From an uncultured bacterium (GTDB lineage Bacteria; Krumholzibacteriota; Krumholzibacteriia; Krumholzibacteriales; Krumholzibacteriaceae), in contig CBDUYR010000001.1 in the NCBI GenBank assembly GCA_965371515.1, forward strand, positions 1 to 64,000: 64,000 nt of DNA, read 5' to 3'. This document shows positions 29,801 to 41,800 of this stretch, piece after piece. Under the pieces are notes generated by a model. That model was not told the origin of the DNA and did no database searches. It saw nothing but the letters and a program-made list of their open reading frames with translations. Position numbers and translations under genes: made by a program. The first letter of the stretch is position 1. Each line of letters starts with the position of its first letter.

Positions 29801-31321
29801 CTAGTCGAGTATAGAGAAACTCGTCATCGTTTCAACCGATTTCCTCGTGCGCCTGTCCATCACGCGTACCCTGAGCCTGAAGCTCCCTTCCCAGAGCTCG
29901 CCGCTGTCTATCTCGAGGCGCTCGTACTGCGTCGATCCGAATCCCGAGGCGTTGAACTTCGAGCTCATCACCATGCCGACGTCCTTGTATACCGGCCCCT
30001 CGCGTTTCTTCTCCTTCGGCTCCACCGAATACTCTACCTCCCAGAACCCGAAATCCTCATCGTCGATGTCGAGGCCGTATATCTCGAAGTAGAATCTCAC
30101 CGGGTCGGGCTTGCGGTAGGCGTGCACGGGGTGGGGGATGACGCGAAGCGGCCCCTTGATGAAGCTCGTCTGTCCTTCCGACGATCCGATAGAGCTGGCG
30201 AGCTGGATGTCACTCACGCAGAGGGAGTCGCCCAGGGGAGCGATATGCCTGCTGGCGAGGAAGGCGCCGTGCTTCTTCGTCCTGCGGTCCTTTACCTCGA
30301 GGCCGAACCTGTAATATCCCGGATCGAGTGTGAGGATATACTGCGCCGGCAGGAGCCATGGAGAGTCGGGCGCGGGCATCTCGGGGAGGATGATATCGAC
30401 CACGTGCATGCCCGACACTACCTCTTCCATGTTCAGGTTATAGACGGCGACCCTTACTTCGAAGTCGGTCGTGTAGCCGTGCGGGCCGGCCTCGTAGGAG
30501 AGCTCTCTCGCGGGGATCTCGAAATTCACCTCGGTGCGGAGCTTGCCCTGCCCGCCCTTGAAAGATGTGATGTCGAAGTAGCACGGAAGGGGGACGCGCA
30601 CCAGGTCGGCCGCGTGGAAGTGCCTGTTTTTCTCGAGGTGGGAATAGAAGTTCATCAGCTCCTCGCTGCCGGTGAAGAAGAGGGAATATACGTTCGAGCT
30701 CGAATAATCCATCGACTCCTGGACGTCGGCGTAGGCGTCGGTCAGCCTCTCATATGGATATATAGTGTAAGAGGTGCGGACTTCCATGAAATATACATGC
30801 TCTCCGTTGAGGTTCACGTCCTCGAACGGGACGACCATCCCGAGGTTCGGGTAGTGCCATATCTCGCCCGGCATCTTTATCTCGTGGGCCGAGGTCCAGC
30901 CGATGTTTCCGGGAATCTCGGCGACGATGTAGGGCCTGCCGAACCTTATCAACGTCTCGCCCCGGTGGTCCCAGCCGGGGAAGCCGTCCTTCGGATACTG
31001 TTCCCTGGCTTCCTTTACCCTATCTTTGTGCTCGATCCTCCGCTCGTTTGTTTTCGTCGCGGGTGTCGGGTCGTTCAGCCTCCAGAACCTCACTATCCAG
31101 TCGTCGCGTTCTTTTCTCGTCAGTATCTTGAGGTAGTGCATCTTCTGGTGATTGTTCATCAGATAGCGCAGTCCCTCGTAGCGCCTTTTCTCGTACCTGT
31201 CGAGGTGACTGTAGAGTTCCTCCTCGTCGAAGGGAACTGTGTATCCTTCGGCGTCAATGGCCGTGGGAAAGATGCAGAGCAGCAGGATGAACGGGATCGA
31301 GTATCTAAACCGGTTGGACAT
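29801..31321 (-). CDS. GWxTD-domain secreted protein (paralogue 2)
   Basis: Signal peptide; FWRLNDPTPATKTNERRIEH, GWDHRGETLIRFGRP; C-terminal SDIQLAS...FYFEIYGL beta-sandwich. Confidence 0.85.
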   Translation of the reverse strand: MSNRFRYSIPFILLLCIFPTAIDAEGYTVPFDEEELYSHLDRYEKRRYEGLRYLMNNHQKMHYLKILTRKERDDWIVRFWRLNDPTPATKTNERRIEHKDRVKEAREQYPKDGFPGWDHRGETLIRFGRPYIVAEIPGNIGWTSAHEIKMPGEIWHYPNLGMVVPFEDVNLNGEHVYFMEVRTSYTIYPYERLTDAYADVQESMDYSSSNVYSLFFTGSEELMNFYSHLEKNRHFHAADLVRVPLPCYFDITSFKGGQGKLRTEVNFEIPARELSYEAGPHGYTTDFEVRVAVYNLNMEEVVSGMHVVDIILPEMPAPDSPWLLPAQYILTLDPGYYRFGLEVKDRRTKKHGAFLASRHIAPLGDSLCVSDIQLASSIGSSEGQTSFIKGPLRVIPHPVHAYRKPDPVRFYFEIYGLDIDDEDFGFWEVEYSVEPKEKKREGPVYKDVGMVMSSKFNASGFGSTQYERLEIDSGELWEGSFRLRVRVMDRRTRKSVETMTSFSILD

Positions 31322-31359
31322 GATAGACCTTTCATGACTGTACCGGGAAGGCGGGGTCC

Positions 31360-32970
31360 CTACTCAAGTATAGAGAAGTTGGCTATCTTTTCAACCGATT
31401 CCCTCGTCCGGCGGTCCATCACGGTGACGATCAGCCGGAACGAGCCTTCCCAGAGGTTGTCCGTCGCGATCTCGAGTCGCTGCGGCTGCGACGGCCCGAA
31501 CCCGCTTGTCTCGAACCTCGACTCGACGGCGGTGGGAATCTCCTCGAGGGTAAGACCTTTTTTCTTCCTGGTGATGGGGACGACCCGGTATTTGACCGAG
31601 TAGAGGGCCATACCCTCGCTGTCGGTATCGAGTCCGTAGATCTCGAAGTAGAATGTCAGGGGGTAGGGGATCCTGTACGCGTGGAGGGGATGCGGGACGA
31701 CCTGCAGGTTCCCCTTCTGGTATCTGACCGTCTTGTCCACCTGCGTGATCGTGCTGGCGAACAGGATGTCGCTGAGCGCAAGCCCTCCATGCAGGGGAGG
31801 AAGCTCTACGTTCGTCCGGTAGACTCCTATCCGGCCTGACTTCATGTCGTGGACCTCGATGCCGATGCGGTAATAACCGGGTTCCAGGGTGACGGCGACC
31901 TGCCCGGGGATGTAGGCCGGTCCCTCGAAGACCTGTCCGCCTTCCTGCGAGGCGCCGGTGAATTCCGTGGCTGCGGCGATCTCCTTCATGTCGATATCGC
32001 GCACGAGTACGCTGAGTTCGACCTCGGCCCTCAATATACCGTCTTTGCGTTCGAAGAGCAGTTCCCTCGTCGGCACCTCGAAGTTAACCTCGGTTCGGAT
32101 CTTTCCATCGCCGCCGCTGAAAGATGTGACGTCGAAAACGACGGGGAGGAGGTCCTCGTCCATCTCGAACGAGTATATCGTCGGCTTCTCCTCGAGGTAC
32201 TTGTAGAAGTTGTTTTTCGATTCACGGAGCTGGTCCTGCCTGACGACGTCCTCGAAGGACCTCGTCGCCAGCTGTGCTCTGATGTCGGGAGATGCGACAT
32301 AATCGATATTATCGGGATTGAAGTTCTTCAGCGCCATCAACGCGGAGCCCTGGTCGAACTGCGCTTCCTCTGCGGGCATCAGTTTAGAATACTCGGCGAT
32401 GGCCCTCATCTTGTCGAGCGTCTCACGGGCCGACATCGCCTGCGGCTCGATCGCGAATATGTGTATGCCGTTGAGGTTGAAGTCATGGAAGAGGATCGTC
32501 ATGTCGAGCTTGTAGTAGTACCACATCTCGCCGGGAGGGAGCATCCTGTAGAAACCGATGTTTGCGGGGAAGCTCGACCGGATCCCCGGCCAGCCCCACC
32601 TGATCAGACACTCTCCCCTTCTGTCCCAGCCCGGCGCCTTCTTCATGCCGAACGCGCTGCGGGCGATCCTGACGCGCAGCTCGTGCTCAATCCTGCGCTC
32701 GTTCTCGTGTGTCGCCGGCGTAGGATCGTTCATCGCCCAGTAGCGTTCGAGCCACTCGTCGCGCTCCTCCCGTGTGGGCATGGAGAGGTAGTGGCGCTTC
32801 TCATAGTTGTTCAGCGAGTAGCGAAGGCCGAAATAGGTGAGTCTCTCCTCCGGCTCGGTCTTCCTGAGGAGGTCGTTTTCTCCCTTGAAATCCTCGGCGT
32901 GCAGTGCCGAACCGGCACAGTGTATGGCCAGGATTATCGTAAGGACTGTCATGATGGTTCTGCGAATCAT
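31360..32970 (-). CDS. GWxTD-domain secreted protein (paralogue 1)
   Basis: Signal peptide; YWAMNDPTPATHENERRIEH, GWDRRGECLIRWGWP; SDILFAS...FYFEIYGL. Start is ATG 32970 or 32991. Confidence 0.85.
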   Translation of the reverse strand: MIRRTIMTVLTIILAIHCAGSALHAEDFKGENDLLRKTEPEERLTYFGLRYSLNNYEKRHYLSMPTREERDEWLERYWAMNDPTPATHENERRIEHELRVRIARSAFGMKKAPGWDRRGECLIRWGWPGIRSSFPANIGFYRMLPPGEMWYYYKLDMTILFHDFNLNGIHIFAIEPQAMSARETLDKMRAIAEYSKLMPAEEAQFDQGSALMALKNFNPDNIDYVASPDIRAQLATRSFEDVVRQDQLRESKNNFYKYLEEKPTIYSFEMDEDLLPVVFDVTSFSGGDGKIRTEVNFEVPTRELLFERKDGILRAEVELSVLVRDIDMKEIAAATEFTGASQEGGQVFEGPAYIPGQVAVTLEPGYYRIGIEVHDMKSGRIGVYRTNVELPPLHGGLALSDILFASTITQVDKTVRYQKGNLQVVPHPLHAYRIPYPLTFYFEIYGLDTDSEGMALYSVKYRVVPITRKKKGLTLEEIPTAVESRFETSGFGPSQPQRLEIATDNLWEGSFRLIVTVMDRRTRESVEKIANFSILE

Positions 32971-33001
32971 AATGTAATATAATTGATACATTGCTCGCCG
33001 C

Positions 33002-34081
33002 CTACCGATTTGCCCTGTAAAGGAGGATCGCCCCGACGGCGACGAAGATGATATTGCCGATCCAGGCGCCGATCAGTGGTTGGAGCACACCGCTGTGCCC
33101 GAGCGACTGGCCGACGCGGAGAACCCCGTAGTACAAGAAGCTTATCAGCAGCGTAAGGCCGAATCCCGTGGCCATCGACGGCTTTCTCTTGGCCGACGAC
33201 AGGGCTACGCCTATGATCGCGAAGATCAGGCTCGTAAAGGGGAAGCTGAACTTGAAGTGCAGGTCGACGAGGTACCTGTCGATCGATCCCCCGCCGCGCC
33301 TGATCTTGTCGATGTGTTTCCTCAGCTCGAAGAAACTCATCTCTTCCGGGTCGATCTCCTCCTTGGCGATGTCCTCGGGTTTTTCGGGCAGGTGGGGCAT
33401 CTCCATCCTCTTAAAAGGCATTACCGTCTCGCCCGTTTCATGGAAATCCCTGATCGCTCCATCCATGAACACCCATTTCGAGCCGTCCCAGAATGCCTTC
33501 TTCGCGTCGATGCGCCTGACGAGCTTCGAGTCGCTGTGCTCGTGAAGGGATACGTTCATCAGCACGCTGAGCTTTATGTCGTACCTCTCGGCATACCATG
33601 TCCTGTTTCCTTCGCCCTGGTAATGGAGGTTCTTCCTGTACTTGAAGCTGTCCTTTTTCCTGCTTCCCTCGATGTCGACCGTCATTATCTTCTCGGCCCT
33701 GCGGTTGGCGAAGGGGACTACGAACTCGCTGAACGCGAGCGAGGCCAGGCTGATTAAGAAGGCCGATATGAGGATCGGCCGGGCGACCCGCGTCAGCGGC
33801 ATCCCCGAGGCTATAAGGGCCGTGAGCTCGTTATCCCGGGATAGCCTTCCCAGCGTGAAAACTGTCGAGAGGAGGATCGAGATAGGCATCGTAAGAAGGA
33901 GTATCCAGGGAAGCTGGTAGAAATAATATGACGCTATATCCCGTGTGGTCGCCTTGTTGTCGTAGAAGTTGTCGGTCTCCTCGCTGAGATCGACGGTGAC
34001 ATAAATCACCGTGAAGGCAAGAAAGGCGAGGAGCAGGTTTCTCCAGAACCCTCCGAGTATGTAGCGGTCGTGGATCTTCAC
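33002..34081 (-). CDS. lptG: LPS export permease LptG
   Basis: MKIHDRYI, LSRDNELTALIASG, KFSFPF, AWIGN. Confidence 0.9.
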   Translation of the reverse strand: MKIHDRYILGGFWRNLLLAFLAFTVIYVTVDLSEETDNFYDNKATTRDIASYYFYQLPWILLLTMPISILLSTVFTLGRLSRDNELTALIASGMPLTRVARPILISAFLISLASLAFSEFVVPFANRRAEKIMTVDIEGSRKKDSFKYRKNLHYQGEGNRTWYAERYDIKLSVLMNVSLHEHSDSKLVRRIDAKKAFWDGSKWVFMDGAIRDFHETGETVMPFKRMEMPHLPEKPEDIAKEEIDPEEMSFFELRKHIDKIRRGGGSIDRYLVDLHFKFSFPFTSLIFAIIGVALSSAKRKPSMATGFGLTLLISFLYYGVLRVGQSLGHSGVLQPLIGAWIGNIIFVAVGAILLYRANR

Positions 34082-34127
34082 GGCTGGTATTTACCCCTGG
34101 ATAATGTCGAGGTTTCCGTCTGTCGGG

Positions 34128-35528
34128 TTACAATATACCCGCAGTTCCCTTCTTCCGCCAACGTTTTAAGAGGTTGAAGCGGGCCCAGTTTATCGTTTGC
34201 GCCTCGCGGACCGTGCTCCAGAGGAGCAGCCCGGCGGCAGCGAGCAGTATGATGTTGGGGAGCCACATGGCAAGCCACGGTTCGAGCAGTCTCCTGTCGG
34301 CAAGCTTCTCGCCCGTGATGAGAAATACATAGTAGATCAGGAAAAAGAAAATGGAAAAGGCGATCGACATCGTCATCCCCTTTTTCCCCGACCTGATAGC
34401 CAGGGGGGCGCCGAGCAGGACGAATATGATGCAGCTGAACGGTATCGAGTATTTTTTGTGGATCTCGACCTCGTACCTCGATGTCTGGCTCTCGAGGCCG
34501 GTGATCCGCCGGAGGATCGTCTCAAGCGCGTACATCTGCTGCTCGGCGGGATTTCTGGCGTTCTGCTGCGCGCGTCTTTCGGCACGGGATGTGGGTGTCT
34601 CCGGTCTCTTTGTTTCGTCGACTTCAAAGGCGTCGAAGGCCATCGCCTTCGAGAGGGTGCCGACAAGTTCCTTCTCGGCGCTGATGTGCATGTCACGCCT
34701 GTAGCTGACGATCTCCTTCTCGAGTTCGGCGACCTTCTCGCGCATCATCCGCGAGCTCATCTCGCGGTCGCCGCGGTACGAGCGCTGGGAGCGCTCGAGT
34801 CCCCGCTCTGTATCCCTTATGTTGATAATGAAGTTTTGGAAGAGAGTCTTCCGATAAGTAGAGATGTCGGAGGGGTCGGGCATCTCATGGATCTCGCCGT
34901 CCTCGAGCTCGAACCTCAGTACGTTCTCCGACTCGATGAACGACATCTTCCCCCTGTCGGCGACGATCGTCACGGGCACGGAGCCCTTCTTGGTGCGGAA
35001 GATCTGGACGTCCTTGATCCTGCCCGTCTTGTCGTCCTTCTCCCTGACGAGGATCGTGTATCCCTCGACGGCGGTGCTGAAGATGTTCTCCTTGATCTGC
35101 AGCGTCGGTTTCATCTTTCCGATGTCGAGCATCAGTGACATCAGGCGGTGGTTGCTCTCGGGAAGGATGTTGTTCTGATAGTAGACGAGGCCGGCGCCGA
35201 GGAAAACAGAGGCTATGATGACCGGAGTGATCATTCTGTAGAGGGAAATACCGGTCGATTTCATTGCCGTGATCTCGTTTTCTGAGGCGAACTGGCCGAA
35301 AGCCATGAGCGTTGCGGGCATCACGGACATTGGAATGATTAATGCGAACATATGGCCGAGACTGAGGATGAAAAACTCGAGAACGATGAAGAACCCAACC
35401 CCTTTGTCTATGAACATATCGAGATATCTGATGATGAAATCCATGACGAATATGAAGGTGATTATAATGAGGCTGAATAGATATGGAGGTAAATGAGTCT
35501 TTAGTATGTATCGATCAAGTGTAATCAT
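34128..35528 (-). CDS. lptF: LPS export permease LptF (long periplasmic insert)
   Basis: LDRYIL, ENEITAMKSTGIS, EIHKKYSIPFSC, AMWLPN. Confidence 0.9.
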   Translation of the reverse strand: MITLDRYILKTHLPPYLFSLIIITFIFVMDFIIRYLDMFIDKGVGFFIVLEFFILSLGHMFALIIPMSVMPATLMAFGQFASENEITAMKSTGISLYRMITPVIIASVFLGAGLVYYQNNILPESNHRLMSLMLDIGKMKPTLQIKENIFSTAVEGYTILVREKDDKTGRIKDVQIFRTKKGSVPVTIVADRGKMSFIESENVLRFELEDGEIHEMPDPSDISTYRKTLFQNFIINIRDTERGLERSQRSYRGDREMSSRMMREKVAELEKEIVSYRRDMHISAEKELVGTLSKAMAFDAFEVDETKRPETPTSRAERRAQQNARNPAEQQMYALETILRRITGLESQTSRYEVEIHKKYSIPFSCIIFVLLGAPLAIRSGKKGMTMSIAFSIFFFLIYYVFLITGEKLADRRLLEPWLAMWLPNIILLAAAGLLLWSTVREAQTINWARFNLLKRWRKKGTAGIL

Positions 35529-35732
35529 AGCAATAAGTTAGTTTGTTACTAGGTCTTCCGGCGCGCCGCGGATCGTACCTTTCGGTCAGTTGCATCAATT
35601 ATTCCGGCGGCGCCGGCCGGGAGTGATGAAATAACGGATATCCGGCCTGTCCGCTCCCCTGGTCGCTTGATGAAAGAGGCCTCAAGGGGATTTCTGTACC
35701 TGTACCCTATAGTGGACAGGACAGGTGTGTTC

Positions 35733-35750
35733 TGTCCCCCGCGGGGGACA
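35733..35750. repeat. Perfect 18-bp palindrome in the lptF/sprA divergent region
   Basis: TGTCCCCCGCGGGGGACA equals its own reverse complement. Confidence 0.8.
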
Positions 35751-35827
35751 TCGCCGCGCTCCATTCGAACCGGTAGCCAGCCGGGCCGACGGCGATTTCA
35801 TCGCCCGGTAATTTATCATATATCCGC

Positions 35828-38800
35828 GTGCGGATGACAGCCTATTCTGACCGCTTGCCCGGATGGTGGGTGATGGTGCCCGGACCGAACAGAGCAAAGA
35901 ACCGAATAGAAAAGCTGCGGTGTGGCGCGTTTCCTGCGGTGCTGTTCCTGCTCTCTCTTGCCGTGCTGTCTCCACCAGCCGTGTCCCAGGCCCGTAATCC
36001 GGTCTTCCTGCTCGAAATAGACCTTCTCGAGATGTCGCGTCAGCTCGATGTCCGCTATCAGTGGGCCGAGACGGGGGTGCTGCCCCCGGATTATATACTC
36101 ATAGGCGACCCGGATGGTGCCGCTTTTTTATACCCGGCATTCCTCGAGACAAAGAAGGAGTTCAGGAAGACGTATACAGAATACGATCCGGTCTCAGGTC
36201 AGATCTACAGTTTCCAGGTCCCCGGCCACGAGAGATTCGTAAGGACCGAGGATCGCACGGGCGTCTACTTCTCCCAGACCGTCAGGCCGATGGATGTCGA
36301 GGGTATTGAGATCACGATACAGTCGATCGATTCCCGCTCGACCGTTCTGTGGCGGAACGGATCCCGGGAGGTCTGGGTAGATGATGTGAAGTATGCGCTG
36401 ACGACGAGGAAGGCAGCCCGCAAGGGCAGGGGCGGGCTGATAGACATCAACATCCCGATCTCCCTTCCCAAGCAGCTCGAGGCAGTCTTCGGACGAGGCG
36501 AGGAGACGAGACTGACCGTGTCGGGAAGGGAGAAGATCACGATCGGCGGCACGTCGCGCTGGTGTGCGAATTGCCCGCGGACAGAGGGAATGCCGCAGCA
36601 GCAGAAGTTTCCCGATCTGGAGATGGAGCAGCGGCTCACGGTCAACCTCCACGGCACGATCGGCGAGAAGGTCAACGTGGCTATCGATCATTCGAGCATG
36701 GGAGGGGGCGTGCCATCGACGAACAGGATCAGGCTGAACTACACCGGATTCGACGATGAGATCATCAAGCTGATCGAGATGGGCGATACCGACCTCACAC
36801 TCTCCGGCGCCCAGCTGATCAGCTTCTCCGGCCAGGCGAAGGGCCTGTTCGGGGTCAAGGGCGTCGCGCAGATCGGCCCCCTCGATCTGACCGTGATAGC
36901 GAGTAAGGAGGAGGGTGAGACCTCCTCGGGAAGCTTCTCGTCGTCGGGAGGCCGGAGCGACGATATCGCGATCAGCGACTACGCGTACATCAAGAGACAG
37001 TTCTTCTATCTCGAAACGCCAGGCGCCGATTTCCAGAATCCCGAGTTCGGGTTCGGGATTATCTACCCGGTGATCGGCGGTGAGAGCAGCGACAGCCTCG
37101 AGGTCTTCGTCTCCCTTCGCACCGATATCGAGTGGAACAGATACAGTCCGAAGTATTACGTCGAGGCGTGGACCGACCCGAACAACGACGGCGACCTGAG
37201 TGACGGGGAGAAATTCAACCAGTGGTTCTATCTGCTCACCGAGGGCAAAGATTACGATCTGATTCAGGATTACGGGAACGACAGCGCCACGCCGAAATAC
37301 ATGGGTATCAGGCTGAGGCAGCCCCTGGGAGAAGACAAGGCGCTGGCCGTAAGGTACAGGCTCGATCTCGGGTCGGAGATCGTCACCGTGGGTGATTACG
37401 GAAATTTCCCGATTTTACCTGATGATGTGAAAACCGCCCCCGATGAATCGCTGTGGATAACAACCGAGCTGATCTGCCCGCCAGAGGAGGATTTTTCTCC
37501 GCCTTCCAAGGAGGAAGCCAAATATACGTCGACCTGGAACATGATGTTCAGGAATGTCTACTCACTCGGCCTCAGCGGCATAGACGACGCTACCATCGAC
37601 GTGAAGATCAGGTCGGTCAGCACTATCATCGGTACGCCGGAGATCGACGATTACTCGAAGGAAAACTATCTGAGGATCTTCGGCCTCGATCGTTACAGGA
37701 CCACTGGAGACTGGGGCCATGATGGATACGTTGACATCAGGCAGGGTATCATCAACTTCTACAACGGTTACATCATGATGCCGTCACCGCAGCCGTTCAA
37801 CGTGTCAACAAACGAGCTGAGGAGGTGGTTCGGCGAGGGCGGTCCCCCTGATTACATGTTCAGCGATTCGGTCAGAACCTATGTCGACTCACTCAGCGCC
37901 CATCTTCAGAGGAACAGCAGGATATACGACGAAGTCCTCGACAGCAACAATCCCCAGCACTACTACGAGATCGTCATCAAGGCATCGAGCGGGAGCAGGG
38001 TGTTCAACCTCGGAGCCTTTGATATCCTCGATGGGACAGATGTTGTCATGGTCGATGGCGTGAAGCTCTCGAGGGGATTGGACTATGATATCGACCTCGT
38101 TGGTGGAGTGGTTACGCTCAAAGGGGACTACGGCAACCTGCCCCCCGATGCCAGGGTGACGATAGACTACCAGCACAAACCTCTCTTCGGCGGCGGGAAG
38201 AGCTCGCTGCTCGGTATCGGCGGCAATCTCTACCTTTCGGAGAACTCCAGGATCAACGCCACTTTTCTCTACAATTCCGTCGGAGCCCCGAAGTACAGGC
38301 CGAGGCTTGGCGATGAGCCTACGAGAAACATGGCCGCCGACATCAACGGATCTTTCCAGTTCCGCCCCGGCTGGATGACGTCGATGGCGAATATACTCCC
38401 GCTCGTCGATACTGACTCTCCCAGTAACCTGAGCCTTTCCGGCGAGGTGGCGATGAGTATTCCCAATCCCAATACGAAGGGAGAGGCGTTTGTCGACGAC
38501 ATGGAAGGAATCGAGGACAGCGACCAGATAAACCTCATCCGCGCCCAGTGGTTCGAGTCGAGCCCTCCGATCGATCCGGACGATCCCGGGAGCACCATGC
38601 CATCCTGGCCGCTGGGGATGGAGTTCTACTGGTACAATCCGGCTAACACCGACCAGCAGAAGTTCCTGACGACGAGCAAAAAGGATCTCAACCCGAAGCT
38701 CGATGACCGGGAGAACTCGAGGCAGACCTCGATGTTCATCAAGGCGATCGATCCGGATGTCAACCAGTGGGCGGGGATCATGACCGGATTCGCCGGCGGG

Positions 38801-41800
38801 ATCGATCTCTCTACGTCGCAATACATCGAGATATGGATCAACGATTTTACTGTGAATCAGCTGGACCGGCGGGGGATACTGCATATCGATTTCGGAAAGA
38901 TCGACGAGGATTTCCACCAGCCCGATCTGGATGAGTTCGACGTCGAAAACCTCATCAACTGGACGATCGAGGACGACATTGGATTTCCCGGCGACGACCC
39001 GAACAAGGTGTTTAACGGTGACTTCGAAGCGGACAAATGGGACGCTGAACGGGGTATCTACAGATGGATCAACTCGAGGATCGGCAACTCGAGGTCAGAC
39101 GGCGAGGACCTGAACAGGAACAGCCGCCTCGATGAGCGCAACGAGTACTTTTCCCTCGAGCTCGACCTTGCCGATACGGCGATCATCGACATTCAGAGGG
39201 ATTTCGAGGGGGTTACTACCTACTGGGAGGATCCGGAGAAGGGGTGGATCAACAGGAAGAAGAGCTGGAGGATGTACAGGCTCGATCTCTCCAGGGCGGA
39301 TACCATGGGCGGTGTGCCGCCGAGGCTCGACAAGATCTCCCACATGAGGATCTGGGTGGATGATATCGATCAGGTACAGGCGACCACCGAGACGGGACGG
39401 CCGGCGGAGCACATGGTGGAGGTCACCGGGATCAAGTTCGTCGGCAGCAGGTGGGAGTTCAATCATATAAGGGACCTTGCCGACAACGAGACGCCTGTTT
39501 CGCCTCCCGGCAAGGGCACGATCACCGAGATGAAAGTCAATCTCGGGACGATCAACAACAAGGACAATCCCTCGATATACGAGACTCCGTATCCACCTGA
39601 CGTGGAAGAGGGGATAGAGAACCGCGAACAGTCGCTTATCTACGCCGTCGAGAACTTCGAGACGGGGTATTCGTTCAAGTCTATGAAGCGGTTCTTCGGG
39701 ACGGGGGCGGATTTCAAGCAGTACAAGGAGATCAGCTTCTTCATCCGCCCGGACGACGAACTGGTAGGCGGCGTGACCGACGGGATGGAGTTCTACATGC
39801 AGATCGCATACGACAGCCTCAACTATTACGAGGTGGCCGTTCCCCTTAGCGAGGTGCATTCGAACAAATGGCAGTTGATCAATGTCCTGATGAGCGACCT
39901 GACAAACATTAAGATAGATGCCCTCCCGGGGGAGATCATAGAGAAAGAGATCTCCGACGTGGCCGATCCGTCGAAGAAATACATGGCAAAGCTCCGCGGT
40001 GACCCGACCCTGTTCAAGGTGAGATATCTCTTCGCCGGCATCAGGAACGATAGCGGAAGACGCATTGATCGCGGAACTCTGTGGTTCGATGACATCACGC
40101 TCGGATATGTTCGCAAAGACATAGATTTCGCCGAGAGACTCAGTGTCTCGGCCAACTTCGCCAGTATCCTGTCGTTCAACGCGAGCTACCAGAGGACCGG
40201 ACCGGAGTTCAGGTCCCTCAAGCAGAAGACGGGCAGCGGTACGACGAGCGACAACATTGCAATGTCGGGTAAGACCGAGGTCAATCATTTCATCCCGACC
40301 CTTGGTTTCAACATCCCCGTCACGGCGAGATACAGCAAGTCCGAGTCGAAGCCGAAGTATCTGACGCAGAGCGACGTCGAGATAGTCGACGAGTCGATCA
40401 GAAACGAACAGAAGACGTTAAGGAACAGCTACACATACAGCGTTTCGCTCAACAGGCGCGGTTCCAGGAATCCGGTCATGAAGCATGTGTTCGATAACCT
40501 CAAGGCGGGCGCCAGCTACTCGAAGAACCAGCTTGCGTCGCCGACCGCGATCGACACGTCGTGGTCGTACAGCTGGAGCACGAATTACCAGATCCAGTTC
40601 GGCAAGGACCGGAAGCTGACGCTTCCCATGGGAATGGGGCTGAGGTACTGGCTCACGAACTTCACCATGAACGCAGCCGGCTCGAAGTCACTGAAGAAGA
40701 CATACTCGTACAGCGGAGAGAGATATATCCAGAACCCGATCGGATTCTCGCACGGCTGGAACAACGAGATGTCGATGAGCTACGATCCGCTCGAATCGGT
40801 GAGAATCAACTTCCGCAGGAGCGAAAAGCGTAACATGATGAACTACCGCGAGCTCTACGGAATACCCATCGGAAGACTCTACAATTTCAGGCAGAGCTTC
40901 GAGATGCAGTATCAGCCGCGCGGACAAGTATGGTTGCTCTCGCAGTTCAATCCGAGGCTCGAGTATACCTCGCGATACGGCGAGGACCTCAATCCCAGCG
41001 TGAGAAAGACCGGCGATCCAAAGGATACCAGGAACGTCAGCAACGACAGGAAGATAAACATCGTCTTTGATGTCGATGTCGGCGGATACGCGATCGATTT
41101 CGGAAAATGGATCAGGGTACTCGGCGAGTATGAGGAGGGCAAGGCCGTTCCGGGATCTTCCGGCGCCTCGCTTGCCAGGCAGAAAGAGGATTTCCAGAAG
41201 ATACTTGAGGACAGGCTCAAGCCGACGCGGAGCGACAAGACGGTCGATACCGTGCTCGATAAGGAAAGGGCCGGGGAGAAACCGCCGGCACCCGGGCAAC
41301 CCCCGGTGGGGGAGGATGCCGGCGACCAGGAGGAGAAGAAAGGCGCCTTCTCCGACCTCATGGTGAGGAAGCCGCGGTCGGGCATCGACGGGCTGGCGCA
41401 GCCGAAACCGGAGGAAGAAAAGGTCGTCGAGGCGGATACCGTCGCGAAGCAGAGGGGCGAATCCTGGCGGCTAGTGAAGATGACTCTGAGATTCATCGGA
41501 AAGATCGACCCGATCAAGAGCTCGATCCGGATCGATGACAGAAGCAGTTACCAGCGTCTCTACGAGAGGGCCGACTGGATGTACCGCCTGGGATTCAACC
41601 GCGGATCGGGCGCGATCGGTTCCTCCTGCGATGGGGCGGACTGCGCGCCGGAGAACGAACCGTACAGGGCGTCGAAGAGGATCACGCTCGACCTCAGATC
41701 GGGGATCGACCTGACGTCCAGCCTCTCGGCCGACATACGTTTCAACATGGGGAGGAAGGCCGAAGAGGCTGACAGCAGGAAGACGGAGACAGAGGACATG

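Noticed and set aside
35600..35700. TGATGAAA motifs suggesting a hammerhead ribozyme or a known ncRNA (SRP, 6S)
   Set aside because: The CUGANGA core with flanking helices and the SRP GGAA loop motif are not present.
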